From: Macrostomum hystrix
Lineage: Eukaryota > Animalia > Platyhelminthes
DNA length: 64,000 nt
Direction: 5' to 3'
Assembly (NCBI GenBank): GCA_950097015.1
Contig: CATNEN010000014.1
Location: forward strand, 1,302,001 to 1,366,000
Part shown: in pieces, positions 14,401 through 27,219 of the stretch
Position numbering within the stretch: position 1 is the stretch's first letter
Layout of the letters: each line of letters begins with the position of its first letter
Notes under the pieces: model-generated
What the model saw: only the letters and a program-made list of their open reading frames with translations
What the model was told of the DNA's origin: nothing
The model's database searches: none
Translations under genes and position numbers: made by a program

Positions 14401-17400
14401 ATGATCCCCCAGTTGATGATGACTCCCCATTGATGAGGATCCCCAGTTGAGAATGTTCCCCCAGTTGACAATGATCCCCCAGTTGACAATAATTCCCCAG
14501 TTTACAATGATTCCCCTAGTTAATAATGATCACCCAGTTGACAATCATCCCCCAGTTGACAATTATCCCCCAGTAGACAATTATCCCCCAGTTGACAATG
14601 ATCCCCCAGTTGACAATGATTCCCCAGTTGATAATGATCACCCAGTTGACAATGATCCCCCAGTTGACGATTATCCCCCAGTTTAACATGATCCCCTATT
14701 TGATGATGATTCCCCAGTTGACAATTATCCCCCAGTTGACAAATATCCCCCAGTTGACAATGATCCTCCAGTTGACAATGATCCTCCAGTTGACAATAAT
14801 CCCCCAGTTAACCATGATCCCCCAGTTGACAATGATCCCCCAGTTGACAATGATCACCCAGTTAATGATGATCCACCAGTTGACAATGATCCCCCAGTTG
14901 ACAATGATCCGCCAGTTCACAATAATCCCCCAGTTGACAATGATCCCCCAGTTGAAAATGATTCCCCAGTTGACAAGGATCCCCCAGATGACAATGATCC
15001 CCCAGTTGACAATGATACCCCAGTTGACAATGATCCCCCAGTTGGCCATGATCCCCTAGTTGACAATGATCCCCCAGTTGACAATGATCCCCCAGTTGAC
15101 AATGATCACCCAGTTGACAATGATACCCCAGTTGACAATGATCCCCCAGTTGACAATGATCACCCAGTTGACGATGATCCCCCAGTTGACAATGATCCCC
15201 CAGTTGACAATGATCCGCCAGTTGACAATGTTCCCAAAGTTGACAATGATCCCCCAGTTGACATGATCCCGCAGTTCACAATGATCACCCAGTTGACAAT
15301 GATCCCCCAGTTCATGATGATCACCCAGTTGACAATGATCCCACAGTTGACAATGATACCCCAGTTGACAATGATCCCTCAGTTGACAATGATCCCCCAG
15401 TTAACAATTTTCCCCCAGCTGAAAATGGTCCCCCAGTTGACCATGATCCGCCAGTTGACAATGATCCCCCAGTTGACAATGATCACCCAGTTGACAATGA
15501 TACCCCAGTTGACAATGATCCCCCAGTTGACAATGATCACCCAGTTGACAATGATCACCCAGTTGACAATGATACCCCAGTTGACAATGATCCCCCAGTT
15601 GACAATGATCACCCAGTTGACGATGATCCCCCAGTTGACAATGATCCCCCAGTTGACAATGATCCGCCAGTTGACAATGTTCCCAAAGTTGACAATGATC
15701 CCCCAGTTGACATGATCCCGCAGTTCACAATGATCACCCAGTTGACAATGATACCCCAGTTGACAATGTTCCCAAAGTTGACAATGAACCCCCAGTTGAC
15801 AATGATCCCCCAGTTGACAATGATCCCCCAGTTGACAATGAACCCCCAGTTGACAATGAACCCCCAGTTGACAACGATCCCACAGTTGACAATGATCCCC
15901 CATTTGACAATGATCCCCCAGTTGACAAAGATCCCCCAGTTCACAATGATCACCCAGTTGATGATGATCCCCCAGTTGATGATGATCCCCCAGTTGAAAA
16001 TGATCCCCCAGTTGACAATGATCCCCCATTTGACAATGATCCCCCAGTTGACAATGATCCCCCAGTTGACAATGATCACCCAGTTGACAATGATACCCCA
16101 GTTGACAATGATCCCCCAGTTGACAATGATCACCCAGTTGACGATGATCCCCCAGTTGACAATGATCCCCCAGTTGACAATGATCCGCCAGTTGACAATG
16201 TTCCCAAAGTTGACAATGATCCCCCAGTTGACATGATCCCGCAGTTCACAATGATCACCCAGTTGACAATGATACCCCAGTTGACAATGTTCCCAAAGTT
16301 GACAATGAACCCCCAGTTGACAATGATCCCCCAGTTGACAATGATCCCCCAGTTGACAATGAACCCCCAGTTGACAATGAACCCCCAGTTGACAACGATC
16401 CCACAGTTGACAATGATCCCCCATTTGACAATGATCCCCCAGTTGACAAAGATCCCCCAGTTCACAATGATCACCCAGTTGATGATGATCCCCCAGTTGA
16501 TGATGATCCCCCAGTTGAAAATGATCCCCCAGTTGACAATGATCCCCCATTTGACAATGATCCCCCAGTTGACAATGATCCCCCAGTTAACAAAGATCCC
16601 CCAGTTCACAATGATCCCCCAGTTGATGAAGTCTCCCCATTGATGATGATCCCCAGTTAACAATGTTCCTCCATTTGACAATGTTCCCCCAGTTAACAAT
16701 GATCCCCCAGTTAATGATGATTCCCCAGTTGAAAATGATCCCCCAGTTGACAATGATCCCCCAGTTGAGAATGATCCCCCAGTTGACAATGATCCCCCAG
16801 TTAACAAAGATCCCCCAGTTCACAATGATCCCCCAGTTGATGAAGTCTCCCCATTGATGATGATCCCTAGTTAACAATGTTCCTCCAGTTGACAATGTTC
16901 CCCCAGTTGACAATGATCCCCCAGTTGATGATGATCCCCCAGTTGACAATGATCCCCCAGTTGACAATGATCCCCCAGTTGACAATGATCCCCCAGTTGA
17001 CAATGATCCCGCCGGTTGACAATGATCCCACAGTTGACAATGAACCCCCAGTTGACAATGATCCCCCAGTTGATGATGATCCCCCAGTTGACAATGATCC
17101 CCCAGTTGACAATGATCCCCCAGTTGACAATGAACCCCCAGTTGACAACGATCCCCCAGTTGACAATGATCCCCCAGTTGACAATGATCCCCCAGTTGAC
17201 AATGATCCCACAGTATACAATGATCCCCCAGTTGACAAAGATCCCCCAGTTCTCAATGATCCCCCAGTTGATGATGATCCCCAGTTGATGATGATTCCCC
17301 AGTTGACAATTATCCCCCAGTTGACCATTACCCCCCACTTGACAATGATCTCTCAGTTCACAATGATCCCCCAGTTGACAATGATCCCCCAGTTGACAAT

Positions 17401-17618
17401 GAACCCCCAGTTGACAATGAACCCCCAGTTGACAAAGATCCCCCAGTTGACAATGATCCCCCATTTGACAATGATCCCCCAGTTGACAATGATCCCCCAG
17501 TTGACAATGATCCCCCGGTTGACATTGATCCCCCAGTCGACAATTATCCCCCAGTTTACCATGATCCCCCAGTTCACCATGATCCCCATTTTGATGATGA
17601 CTCCCCAGTTGACGTTGA
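8477..17618. repeat. Satellite A array, about 9.1 kb, with higher-order repeats
   Basis: Diverged 18-mers; identical or near-identical ORF translations recur at offsets 809, 1813, 2404 and 521 bp. Confidence 0.97.
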
Positions 17619-17629
17619 TTTTTCAAACA

Positions 17630-19352
17630 GGTTAGCCAAGATTCAAACTCAGGTTTCGCCATGTTTTAAACCCTGGTGGGCTATGATTCAAACTCTCGTT
17701 TTGCCATGATTCAGACTCTGGTTGGCTATGATTCAAACTCTGGTTTAGCCATGATTCAGACGCTGGTTTAGCCATGATTCAGACGCTGGTTTAGCCATGA
17801 TTGAAACTCTGGTTTAGCCATGATTCAAACTCTGGTTTAGCCATGATTCAGACGCTGGTTTAGCCATGATTCAGACTCTAGTTTAGCCATGATTCAGACT
17901 CTGGTTTAGCCATGATTCAGACTCTAGTTTAGCCATGATTCAGACTCTGGTTTAGCCATGATTCAGACTCTAGTTTAGCCATGATTCAGACTCTGGTTTA
18001 GCCATGATTCAGACTCTATTTTAGCCATGATTCAGACTATGGTTTAGCCATGATTTAGACGCTGGTTTAGCCATGAATCTGACGCTGGTTTAGCCATGAT
18101 TCAGACGCTGGTTTAGCCATGATTGAAACTCTGGTTTAGCCATGATTCAAACTCTGGTTTAGCCATGATTCAGACGCTGGTTTAGCCATGATTCAGACTC
18201 TAGTTTAGCCATGATTCAGACTCTGGTTTAGCCATGATTCAGACTCTGGTTTAGCCATGATTCAGACTCTATTTTAGCCATGATTCAGACTATGGTTTAG
18301 CCATGATTCAGACTCCAGTTTAGCCATGATTCAGACTCTGGTTTAGCCATGATTCAGACTCTGTTTAAGCCATGATTCAGACTCTGGTTTAGCCATGATT
18401 CAAGCTCTGGTTAAGCCATGATTCAGACTCTAGTTTAGCCATGATTTAAACTCTGGTTTAGCCATGATTCAAACGCTGGTTTTGCCATGATTCAAACTCT
18501 GGTTTTGCCATGATTCAAACTCTGGTTTAGCCATGATTCAAACTCTGGTTTAGCCATGATCCAAACTCTGGTTTAGCCATGATTCAGACTGTGGTTTAGC
18601 CATGATTCAAACTCTGGTTTAGCCATGATTCAAACTCTGGTTTAGCCATGATTCAAACTCTGGTTTAGCCATGATTCAAACTCTGCATTAGCCATGATTC
18701 AAACTCTGGTTTAGCCATGATTCAAACTCTTGTTTAGCCATGATTCAAACTCTGCATTAGCCATGATTCAAACTCTTGTTTAGCCATGATTCAAACTCTT
18801 GTTTAGCCATGATTCAAACTCTGCATTAGCCATGATCCAAACTCTGGTTTAGCCATGATTCAGACTGTGGTTTAGCCATGATTCAAACTCTGGTTTAGCC
18901 ATGATTCAAACTCTGGTTTAGCCATGATTCAAACTCTGGTTTAGCCATGATTCAAACTCTGCATTAGCCATGATTCAAACTCTGGTTTAGCCATGATTCA
19001 AACTCTGGTTTAGCCATGATTCAAACTCCGGTTTAGCCATGATTCAAGCTCTGGTTTAGCTTGAACTCTGGCTGGCTATGATTCAAGCCATAGTTTAGCC
19101 ATGATTCAAACGCTGGTTTAGCCATGATTCAAACTCTTGTTTAGCCATGATTCAAACTCTGCATTAGCCATGATTCAAACGATGGTTTAGCCATGATTCA
19201 AACTCTGGTTTAGCCATGATTCAAACGCTGGTTTAGCCATGATTCAAACGCTGGGTTAGCCATGATTCAAACTCTGGTTTAGCCATGATTCAAACTCTGG
19301 TTTAGCCATGATTCAAACTCTGCTTTTGCCATGATTTAAACTCTGGTTTGCT
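17630..19352. repeat. Satellite B array (23 bp)
   Basis: Tandem 23-mers with local variants (TCTAGTT, TCTGCATT). Confidence 0.97.
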
Positions 19353-20004
19353 TTGAAAGATGATATTTTATTTACGAAATGAAAAAAATAAATTTAAATA
19401 ATCTTCAGTCACTACTGGCTGAAAATTAGTCTAAATTATTTGACGCAGTGCAGAATCGAACCCTAGCCTAGCCTAAACTATTCCTAGTGCCTACACATCG
19501 GCTATCGGCTATTCCGACTGTTGGTTAGTGGGTGCAAAAATCAGCCTTATAAAATGAATTCTTAAAGTTCTGGCTTTGTACAATGAAGTAAGAAAATAGA
19601 GTACACTCAGTCTCGCGGTTTGTTGTGTACATTTATTTCCAATTTGTCTCCAGAGTGCAGGCTTTTAACTCAGTCAGCTAGTGGGTGTTGTGCAAGTTAA
19701 TGATGCAATTCTAACTCAGTGGCAGTCAGTGAATGAAATTCTCAATTGGCCAAGATAGTTTGACCTTTGAAATGGTCAAAAAACATGTTTTTCGAATATT
19801 TAATCCCCTTAGCAATAAAGTTAAGCTTAATAAAAATACGTGTATAATTGTCCCCATATTTAGCATCTTTTGGTGAAGAAATGGTGAAAATCGGTTGAGC
19901 CGTTCGGGAGAAAATCAATTACAACCAACCAAGCAAGCATTTCATTTTTAGTATAGTAGATATATATATAGATAGAAATATAGTTTTGAATTTTAGTATA
20001 TAGG

Positions 20005-20559
20005 ATGATGATTTGACGCAGTGCAGAATCGAACCCTAGCCTAGCCTAACTTATTCCTAGTGCCTACACATCGGCTATTCCGACTGTTGGTTAGTGGGTG
20101 CAAAAATCAGCCTTATAAAATGAATTCTCAAAGTTCTGGCTTTGTACAATGAAGTAAGAAAATAGAGTACACTCAGTCTCGCGGTTGGTTGTGTACATTT
20201 ATTTCAAATTTGTCTCCAGAGTGCAGGCTTCAAATTCAATCAGCTAGGGGTTGTTGCGCAATTTGACGATGCAATTCTAATTCAGTGGCTGTCAGTGAAA
20301 TTCTCATGTTTTTCGAATATTTAATCCCCTTAGCAAAAAAGTTCAGCTTAATAAAAATACGTGTAAAATTGTCCCCATATTTAGCATCTTTTGGTGAAGA
20401 AATGGTGAAAATCGGTTGAGCCGTTTTTTCTATAATCAATCGCCTACCTAGATAGATAGATAGATAGATGGATAGATAGATAGATACATCTCATTTTTAG
20501 GACATAGGATATATAGATATAGATAGTTTTCATTTTTAGTATATAGATAAGATAGAAGA
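20005..20559 (-). mobile_element. F2-related 5' fragment with (GATA)n microsatellite
   Basis: Homologous to the F2 body at 19430-19960 with internal deletions; (GATA)n at about 20450-20486. Confidence 0.6.
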
Positions 20560-21163
20560 CTAGCAAGTTTTGCCCCCCTTTGGGGAGCAGAAATTTAGTA
20601 TAGTTGGAAGTTTTGCCCCCCTTTCGGGAGCAGAAATATTTTTTAATTCGTCTAGAATATACTTTCTAGCAGCTGAATTTACAGCTTTTTAAAGCTACAA
20701 TGATCCCCCAGTTGACAATGATCCCCCAGTCGACAATGATCCCCCAGTTGACATTGATCCCCCAGGTTACAATGATCCGCCAGTTGATGATGATCACCCA
20801 GTTGACAATTATCTCCCAGTTGACTATGATCCCCCATTGATGATGATCCCCAGTTGACAATGTTACCCCAGTTGGCCATTACCCCCTAGTTGACAATGAT
20901 CCCCCAGTTGATGATTACCCAGTTGACAATGATCTCCCAGTTGACCATGATCCCCCATTTGATGATGACTCCCAAATGATGATGATCCCCATTTGACAAT
21001 GATCCCCAGTTGACCATGATCCCCCATTTGATGATGATTCCCCAGTTTTCAATTATCCCACAGTTGACGATTATCCCCCAGTTCTGGTTTAGCTATGATT
21101 CAAACTCTGGTTTTGCCATGATTCAAACTCTGATTTTGCCATGATTCAAACTCTGGTTTAGCC
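20560..21163 (-). mobile_element. F2 3' portion with duplicated hairpin and short A and B arrays, truncated at 21163
   Basis: CTAG at 20560; two copies of TTTTGCCCCCC..GGGAGCAGAAAT; satellite A at 20697-21080; satellite B at about 21085-21163. Confidence 0.7.
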
Positions 21164-21311
21164 AGAGAACTAATTTCCCCAGCAGCAGAGAACTAATTTC
21201 CCCAGCAGCAGAGAACTAATTCCCCCAGCAGCAGAGAACTAATTCCCCCAGCAGCAGAGAACTAATTCCCCCAGCAGCAGAGAACTAATTTCCCCAGCAG
21301 CAGAGAACTAA
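21164..21311. repeat. 23-bp minisatellite (AGAGAACTAATTTCCCCAGCAGC) x6, unrelated to satellite B
   Basis: Period 23 read directly (for example GAACTAAT at 21167 and 21190). Confidence 0.9.
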
Positions 21312-22508
21312 TGTTCTCCAAACAGAAGAGAACCTCCATAATACCAGAATGGAGGCTACTTGCAGGCTACCAAACTCGCAGCAAGAAATGTTTGCCCTTT
21401 TTCTTTGACAGGAAACCATTGCCCCCAAATAGCATAGAAACGATGTGTCCATCGTTTTACTCAGCCCAGAAGGCAACAAATATCTCCTGTTACATCTCCT
21501 GTTACATGTGGCACGGTAGATACATTTAGAAAACTGTTAAACACATTTAGAAAATCGTTGGACACATTTAGAAAATCGTTGAGCACTTTAGAAAACGGTT
21601 TCGATCAGTGTTCGTCGAATAAAGTTTTATAATTATTATTATTAAATAAGCTATTTTTTTGATCGAATAACGCTTAAAACAATGCTCAAAAAATTTTGAA
21701 ATAATTTACGCTCTTAGCTGCGCTCAATTTTTTTTTCTTGCAGTTCTCAATTGTGATATCGCCTGCAGCTATGCACAAAAAATATTTCCTAAGTTTTATT
21801 ATCGAATTCCCGATACTCGAAAAAACTAATACTATTTTCTGAAAGGGAGTACAGGAATAATAAAGCTAACAAATATCTGCTTCGACAGTAGCTAACCAAA
21901 AGCGCTTACTATTTATACTCGAACCAAAAATGCCCAAAAAGTCCTAATAAACAGGAACTTACGTTTTTAAATGCTGATGTTTAGAAGATTAGAAGAAAAA
22001 GAAGCAGTAACAAAACCGATGCTGAAATTCTACCTGCATTCTACAAAAGCATTAAAGTACTTTACTTCGGAGCTAGATGAAAAGAAAGCGGCACAATGAT
22101 CGAAGTCGAGACAAGGTTTGACAATAGAAAGGCTGCAGTTTTATGGATAGAAAGGAGGAGGAGAGGTCTCGCTAGCATTGAGCATCATAAAAGCCCAATC
22201 ATGAAATCTGCTATGTACGTTTTGCGTATTCAAATCAAATCACTCGATCAGCCAAGAGAATTATTTATAAACGTACGTACGGATCGAAAAGCAGTGACGC
22301 AATCCTATTCAATTGAGAGTATCGGGCCCTGTTCTGTGCTATACCAATGCACGCGCGGGCGAGAAAAAGTACCGATGCAATCTAATAAAACTGACAGTGT
22401 CCGGCCCTATTCTAATTTAACCTTGTTTGGCCTCCTATTGAAAGCAATAGGAAAACTCGTTTTTCGAATATTTAATATTGTTAGCATTGAAGCAGACTAA
22501 CGACATTT

Positions 22509-22832
22509 TCAAGGTCTCATGCCAGTAAAATTTGGCATGTTTAGCAAAAAACAGCGCTCTGCCTTCTCTGTTTCGATTCCTGCGCAATCGGCGCAACTAC
22601 AATAGGATTCTACTGACTCCGATATTGAATTAATAGACTGTTCGCTGTGTCCGCAGCATTCTACCTCTAAGGCGCGCTGCTTGTTACTATGAGTAGTATC
22701 ACTAGCCCTAATAAAAGAAAAACTAGCTCGCTTCCTCAAATACAATAATAAATCGTAATTAGTTACTCCGCACGTGTCCCGCAAATGAAAGAAAATCTCC
22801 TTGCCTCTCCTATCTCTGAGGAATCCGTAGCC
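22509..22832 (-). pseudogene. C-terminal part of a cold-shock domain, separated from gag by the Helitron array
   Basis: Reads GYGFLRDRRGKEIFFHLRD...LRKRASFSF...RALEV (RNP1- and RNP2-like motifs). Same frame as the gag ORF across the insertion. Confidence 0.75.
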
Positions 22833-22859
22833 TCTCTAAATATACTAAAATTCACGTGT

Positions 22860-22902
<43 letters not shown>

Positions 22903-23464
22903 TGGTTATCTCCTCCTAGAATACTGACAAGTCAACTTTGAAACTTATATGGGAAAATGGGAAATTTTCCTGGTCAGGCTATAGGCTATTTTAATTCTGA
23001 AATTTCAAATTCTATGATCCTCAAAAAAGCAGAAAGGCTATTAAGTAGTATATAGTAGGCAAATGTCCTTCCCGCTGTGATGAAATTGGCCTCGATTAAA
23101 TGAGTTGCGTCAACATTTTGTGCCTATCTGTTTAGTGTATTTTCTCTCCAGTGGAGGGTTGGCAGTCGGTTTGAAAATGGGGCGGAGAGTTGGCCGTACG
23201 CACATTCTAACTGTCCCTGTGTATTGGCGGAGAGAGGGTGCCGCGAGTTATTTCTATTGAGGGGTCTGATTTGTTCAATATTGAAGTGCGTACAATGGGC
23301 AGGGCAGAGTTGGCTGGGTTAAAATTCAATTGATAAAATTTGCGGGCCTCTCAGTGTAGGCGGAGAAGAATGTACTTACTAAAAAACTGGCTGCCCTTTG
23401 CGCTAAAGGCAATGAAATTTCAACTGTGAATTATTATTTTGCTTTTTAACATTTGAAAAGAACT

Positions 23465-24692
23465 GAGGCGATTTGAGATCAGGCAATGGGAGATCAGGCA
23501 ATGGGAGATCAGGCGATGGGAGATCAGGCGATCGGAGATGAGGCGATGGGAGATCAGGCGATGGGAGATCAGGCGATGGGAGATCAGGCAACGGGAGATG
23601 AGCCGATGGGAGATCAGGCGATGGGAGATCAGGCGATGGGAGATCAGGCGATGGGAGATGAGGCGATGGGAGATCAGGCGATGGGAGATCAGGCGATGGG
23701 AGATGTGGCGACGGGAGATGAGGCAATGAGAAATGAGGCGATGGGAGATCAGGCGATAGGAGATGTGGCGACGGGAGATGAGGCGATGGGAGATCAGGCG
23801 ATGGGAGATGAGGCGATGGGAGATGAGGCGATGGGAGATTAGGCGATGGGAGATGATGCGATGAGAGATTAGGCGATGGGAGATGAGGTGATGGGTGATC
23901 AGGTGATGGAAGATGAGGCGATGGGAGATGAGGCGATGGGAGATGAAGCGATGGGAGATGAGGCGATGGGAGATGAGGCGATGGGAGATCAGGCGATGGG
24001 AGATCAGGCGATGGGAGATCAGGCGATGGGAGATGAGGCGATGGGAGATCAGGCGATGGGAGATCAGGCGATGGGAGATGTGGCGACGGGAGATGAGGCA
24101 ATGAGAAATGAGGCGATGGGAGATCAGGCGATAGGAGATGTGGCGACGGGAGATGAGGCGATGGGAGATCAGGCGATGGGAGATGAGGCGATGGGAGATT
24201 AGGCGATGGGAGATCAGGCGATAGGAGATGAGGCGATGGGAGATGAGACGATGGGAGATGATGCGATGGGAGATTAGGCGATGGGAGATCAGGCGATGGG
24301 AGATGAGGCGATGGGAGATCAGGCGATGGGAGATCAGGCGATGGGAGATGTGGCGACGGGAGATGAGGCAATGAGAAATGAGGCGATGGGAGATCAGGCG
24401 ATAGGAGATGTGGCGACGGGAGATGAGGCGATGGGAGATCAGGCGATGGGAGATGAGGCGATGGGAGATGAGGCGATGGGAGATTAGGCGATGGGAGATC
24501 AGGCGATAGGAGATGAGGCGATGGGAGATGAGACGATGGGAGATGATGCGATGGGAGATTAGGCGATGGGAGATGAGGTGATGGGTGATCAGGTGATGGG
24601 AGATGAGGCGATGGGAGATCAGGCGACGGGAGATGAGGCGATGGGAGATCAGGCGATAGGAGATGACGCGATGGGAGATCAGGCGATGGGAG
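23465..24692. repeat. 15-bp satellite C (GATGGGAGATCAGGC)n in F3 unit 1
   Basis: Tandem 15-mers. Confidence 0.97.
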
Positions 24693-25867
24693 TTCTCTCC
24701 CCTCAACCTCCTCCGGAGGAGGAGTTTAGCTCGTTAAATATACTAATTTTCACGTGTTGTTTGTCTGTGTGTGTGTCTGTGTGTGTGTCAGTTCGACATC
24801 TCCTCCTAGAATACTGGCAACTCAGCGTTGAAACTTATATGGGAAAATGGGAAATTTTCCGAGGAAGGCTATAGGCTATTTTAATTCTGAAATTTCAAAT
24901 TATAAGATCCTCAAAAAAGCAGAAAGGCTATTAAGTAGTATATAGTAGGCAAATGTCCTTCCCGCTGTGATGAAATTGGCCTCGGTTAAATGAGTTGCGT
25001 CAACATTTTGTGCCTATCTGTTCAGTGTATTTTCTCTCCAGTGGAGGGTTGGCAGTCGGTTTGAAAATGGGGCGGAGAGGAGGCCGTACGCACATTCTAA
25101 CTGTCCCTGTGTATTGGCGGAGAGAGGGTGCCGCGAGTTATTTCTATTGAGGGGTCTGATTTGTTCAATATTGAAGTGCGTACAATGGGCAGGGCAGAGT
25201 TGGCTGGGTTAAAATTCAATTGATAAAATTTGCGGGCCTCTCAGTGTAGGCGGAGAAGAATGTGCTTACTAAACTGGCTGCCCTTTGCAGAAATTTCAAC
25301 TGAGAATTATTATTTTGCTTTTTTAAGATTTGTGGATAAAATTTGTACTGCTAGAAAGAACTTGAAGTTCTAAATCCAGAGATATAAATTTCATTGCTGA
25401 ATTCCGAAAATTGGGGATGCAAAGGGCAAATAAAGTTTTTATACTTTTGCAATGCTTTCAGCTGAGTGTACAGTGTCTCGGCGAGATTGCTAAGGAGAGA
25501 GAATTCGCCACAATAAAGTTTCACACATTCCTATTCTCGAAGGCGGGCTGTTGAATTTTATTTATTGAAATTCGCACCTCTGACTGAGCGGGGCCCGGAG
25601 AACTGGCTGTCGTCAATATTAATGGCTCGGACTTCACCTGTTTTAACGGGTGGGGTTTAATTTAAAGTTGATGGAGTTCGCGCGATATGATTTCTAGCCC
25701 CTCAATCTTATCCGAAAGTTGTCGTCTATTTTAATTCTGAAGATTCTGGGCATGGTAGCTAAAGAAAAATTGGTCAATTTTGAATTGTTTTCAACAGTTT
25801 AGTCGGACAAAAGGCGGTTTACGCACATTGCTACTTCCAGACATCATTGGGTGAGGAGTTTTTGGTT

Positions 25868-26559
25868 AGATGAGGCGATGGGAGATGTGGCGACGGGAGA
25901 TGAGGCAATGGGAGTTTAGGCGATGAGAGATGAGGCGATGGGAGATGAGGCGATGGGAGATGAGGCGATGGGAGATGAGGCGATGAAAGATGAGGCGATG
26001 GGAGATGAGGCGATGGGAGATCAGGCGACGGGAGATGAGGGGATGGGAGATCAGGCGATGGGAGATGTGGCGACGGGAGATGAGGGGATGGGAGATCAGG
26101 CGATGGGAGATGAGGGGATGGGAGATCAGGCGATGGGAGATCAGGCAATGGGAGATCAGGCAATGGGAGATCAGGCGATGGGAGATCAGGCGATCGGAGA
26201 TGAGGCGATGGGAGATGAGGCGATAGGAGATGAGGCGATGGGAGATGAGGCGATGGGAGATGAGGCGATGGGAGATGAGGCGATGGGAGATTAGGCGATG
26301 GGAGATCAGGCGATGGGAGATTAGGCGATGGGAGATGAGGCGATGGGAGATGAGGCGATGGGAGATGAGGCGATGGGAGATGAGGCGATGGGAGATTAGG
26401 CGATGGGAGATCAGGCGATGGGAGATTAGGCGATGGGAGATGAGGCGATGGGAGATGAGGCGATGGGAGATGAGGCGATGGGAGATGAGGCGATGGGAGA
26501 TTAGGCGATGGGAGATCAGGCGATAGGAGATGACGCGATGGGAGATCAGGCGATGGGAG
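25868..26559. repeat. Satellite C in F3 unit 2
   Basis: Tandem 15-mers. Confidence 0.97.
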
Positions 26560-26623
26560 TTCTCTCCCCTCAACCTCCTCCGGAGGAGGAGTTTAGCTCG
26601 TAAATATACTAAAACTCACGTGT

Positions 26624-26658
<35 letters not shown>

Positions 26659-27219
26659 TGGTTATCTCCTCCTAGAATACTGGCAAGTCAACTTTGAAAC
26701 TTATATGGGAAAATGGGAAATTTTCCTGGTCAGGCTATAGGCTATTTTAATTCTGAAATTTCAAATTATAAGATCCTCAAAAAAGCAGAAAGGCTATTAA
26801 GTAGTATATAGTAGGCAAATGTCCTTCCCGCTGTGATGAAATTGGCCTCGGTTAAATGAGTTGCGTCAACATTTTGTGCCTATCTGTTTCGTGTATTTTC
26901 TCTCCAGTGGAGGGTTGGCAGTCGGTTTGAAAATGGGGCGGAGAGGAGGCCGTACGCACATTCTAACTGTCCCTGTGTATTGGCGGAGAGAGGGTGCCGC
27001 GAGTTATTTCTATTGAGGGGTCTGATTTGTTCAATATTGAAGTGCGTACAATGGGCAGGGCAGAGTTGGCTGGGTTAAAATTCAATTGATAAAATTTGCG
27101 GGCCTCTCAGTGTAGGCGGAGAAGAATGTACTTACTAAAAAACTGGCTGCCCTTTGCGCTAAAGGCAATGAAATTTCAACTGTGAATTATTATTTTGCTT
27201 TTTAACATTTGAAAAGAAC

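Larger units (their letters stand above)
8384..19960 (-). mobile_element. Helitron F2 copy 3 with greatly expanded internal satellites (11.6 kb)
   Basis: F2 3' hairpin and CTAG at 8384; F2 body and 5' TCTACTATACTAAAAATG at 19960. Confidence 0.75.

Noticed and set aside
1-17618. TTGACA (bacterial -35 box) every 18 bp
   Set aside because: There is no correctly spaced -10 box; it is a chance feature of the monomer.
885-19352. CRISPR-like appearance of the 23-bp and 18-bp arrays
   Set aside because: Monomers are contiguous with no unique spacers, there are no cas genes, and the context is eukaryotic.
22096-22500. 134-aa plus-strand ORF
   Set aside because: No recognisable motif; it lies antisense to the decayed region downstream of the CSD.
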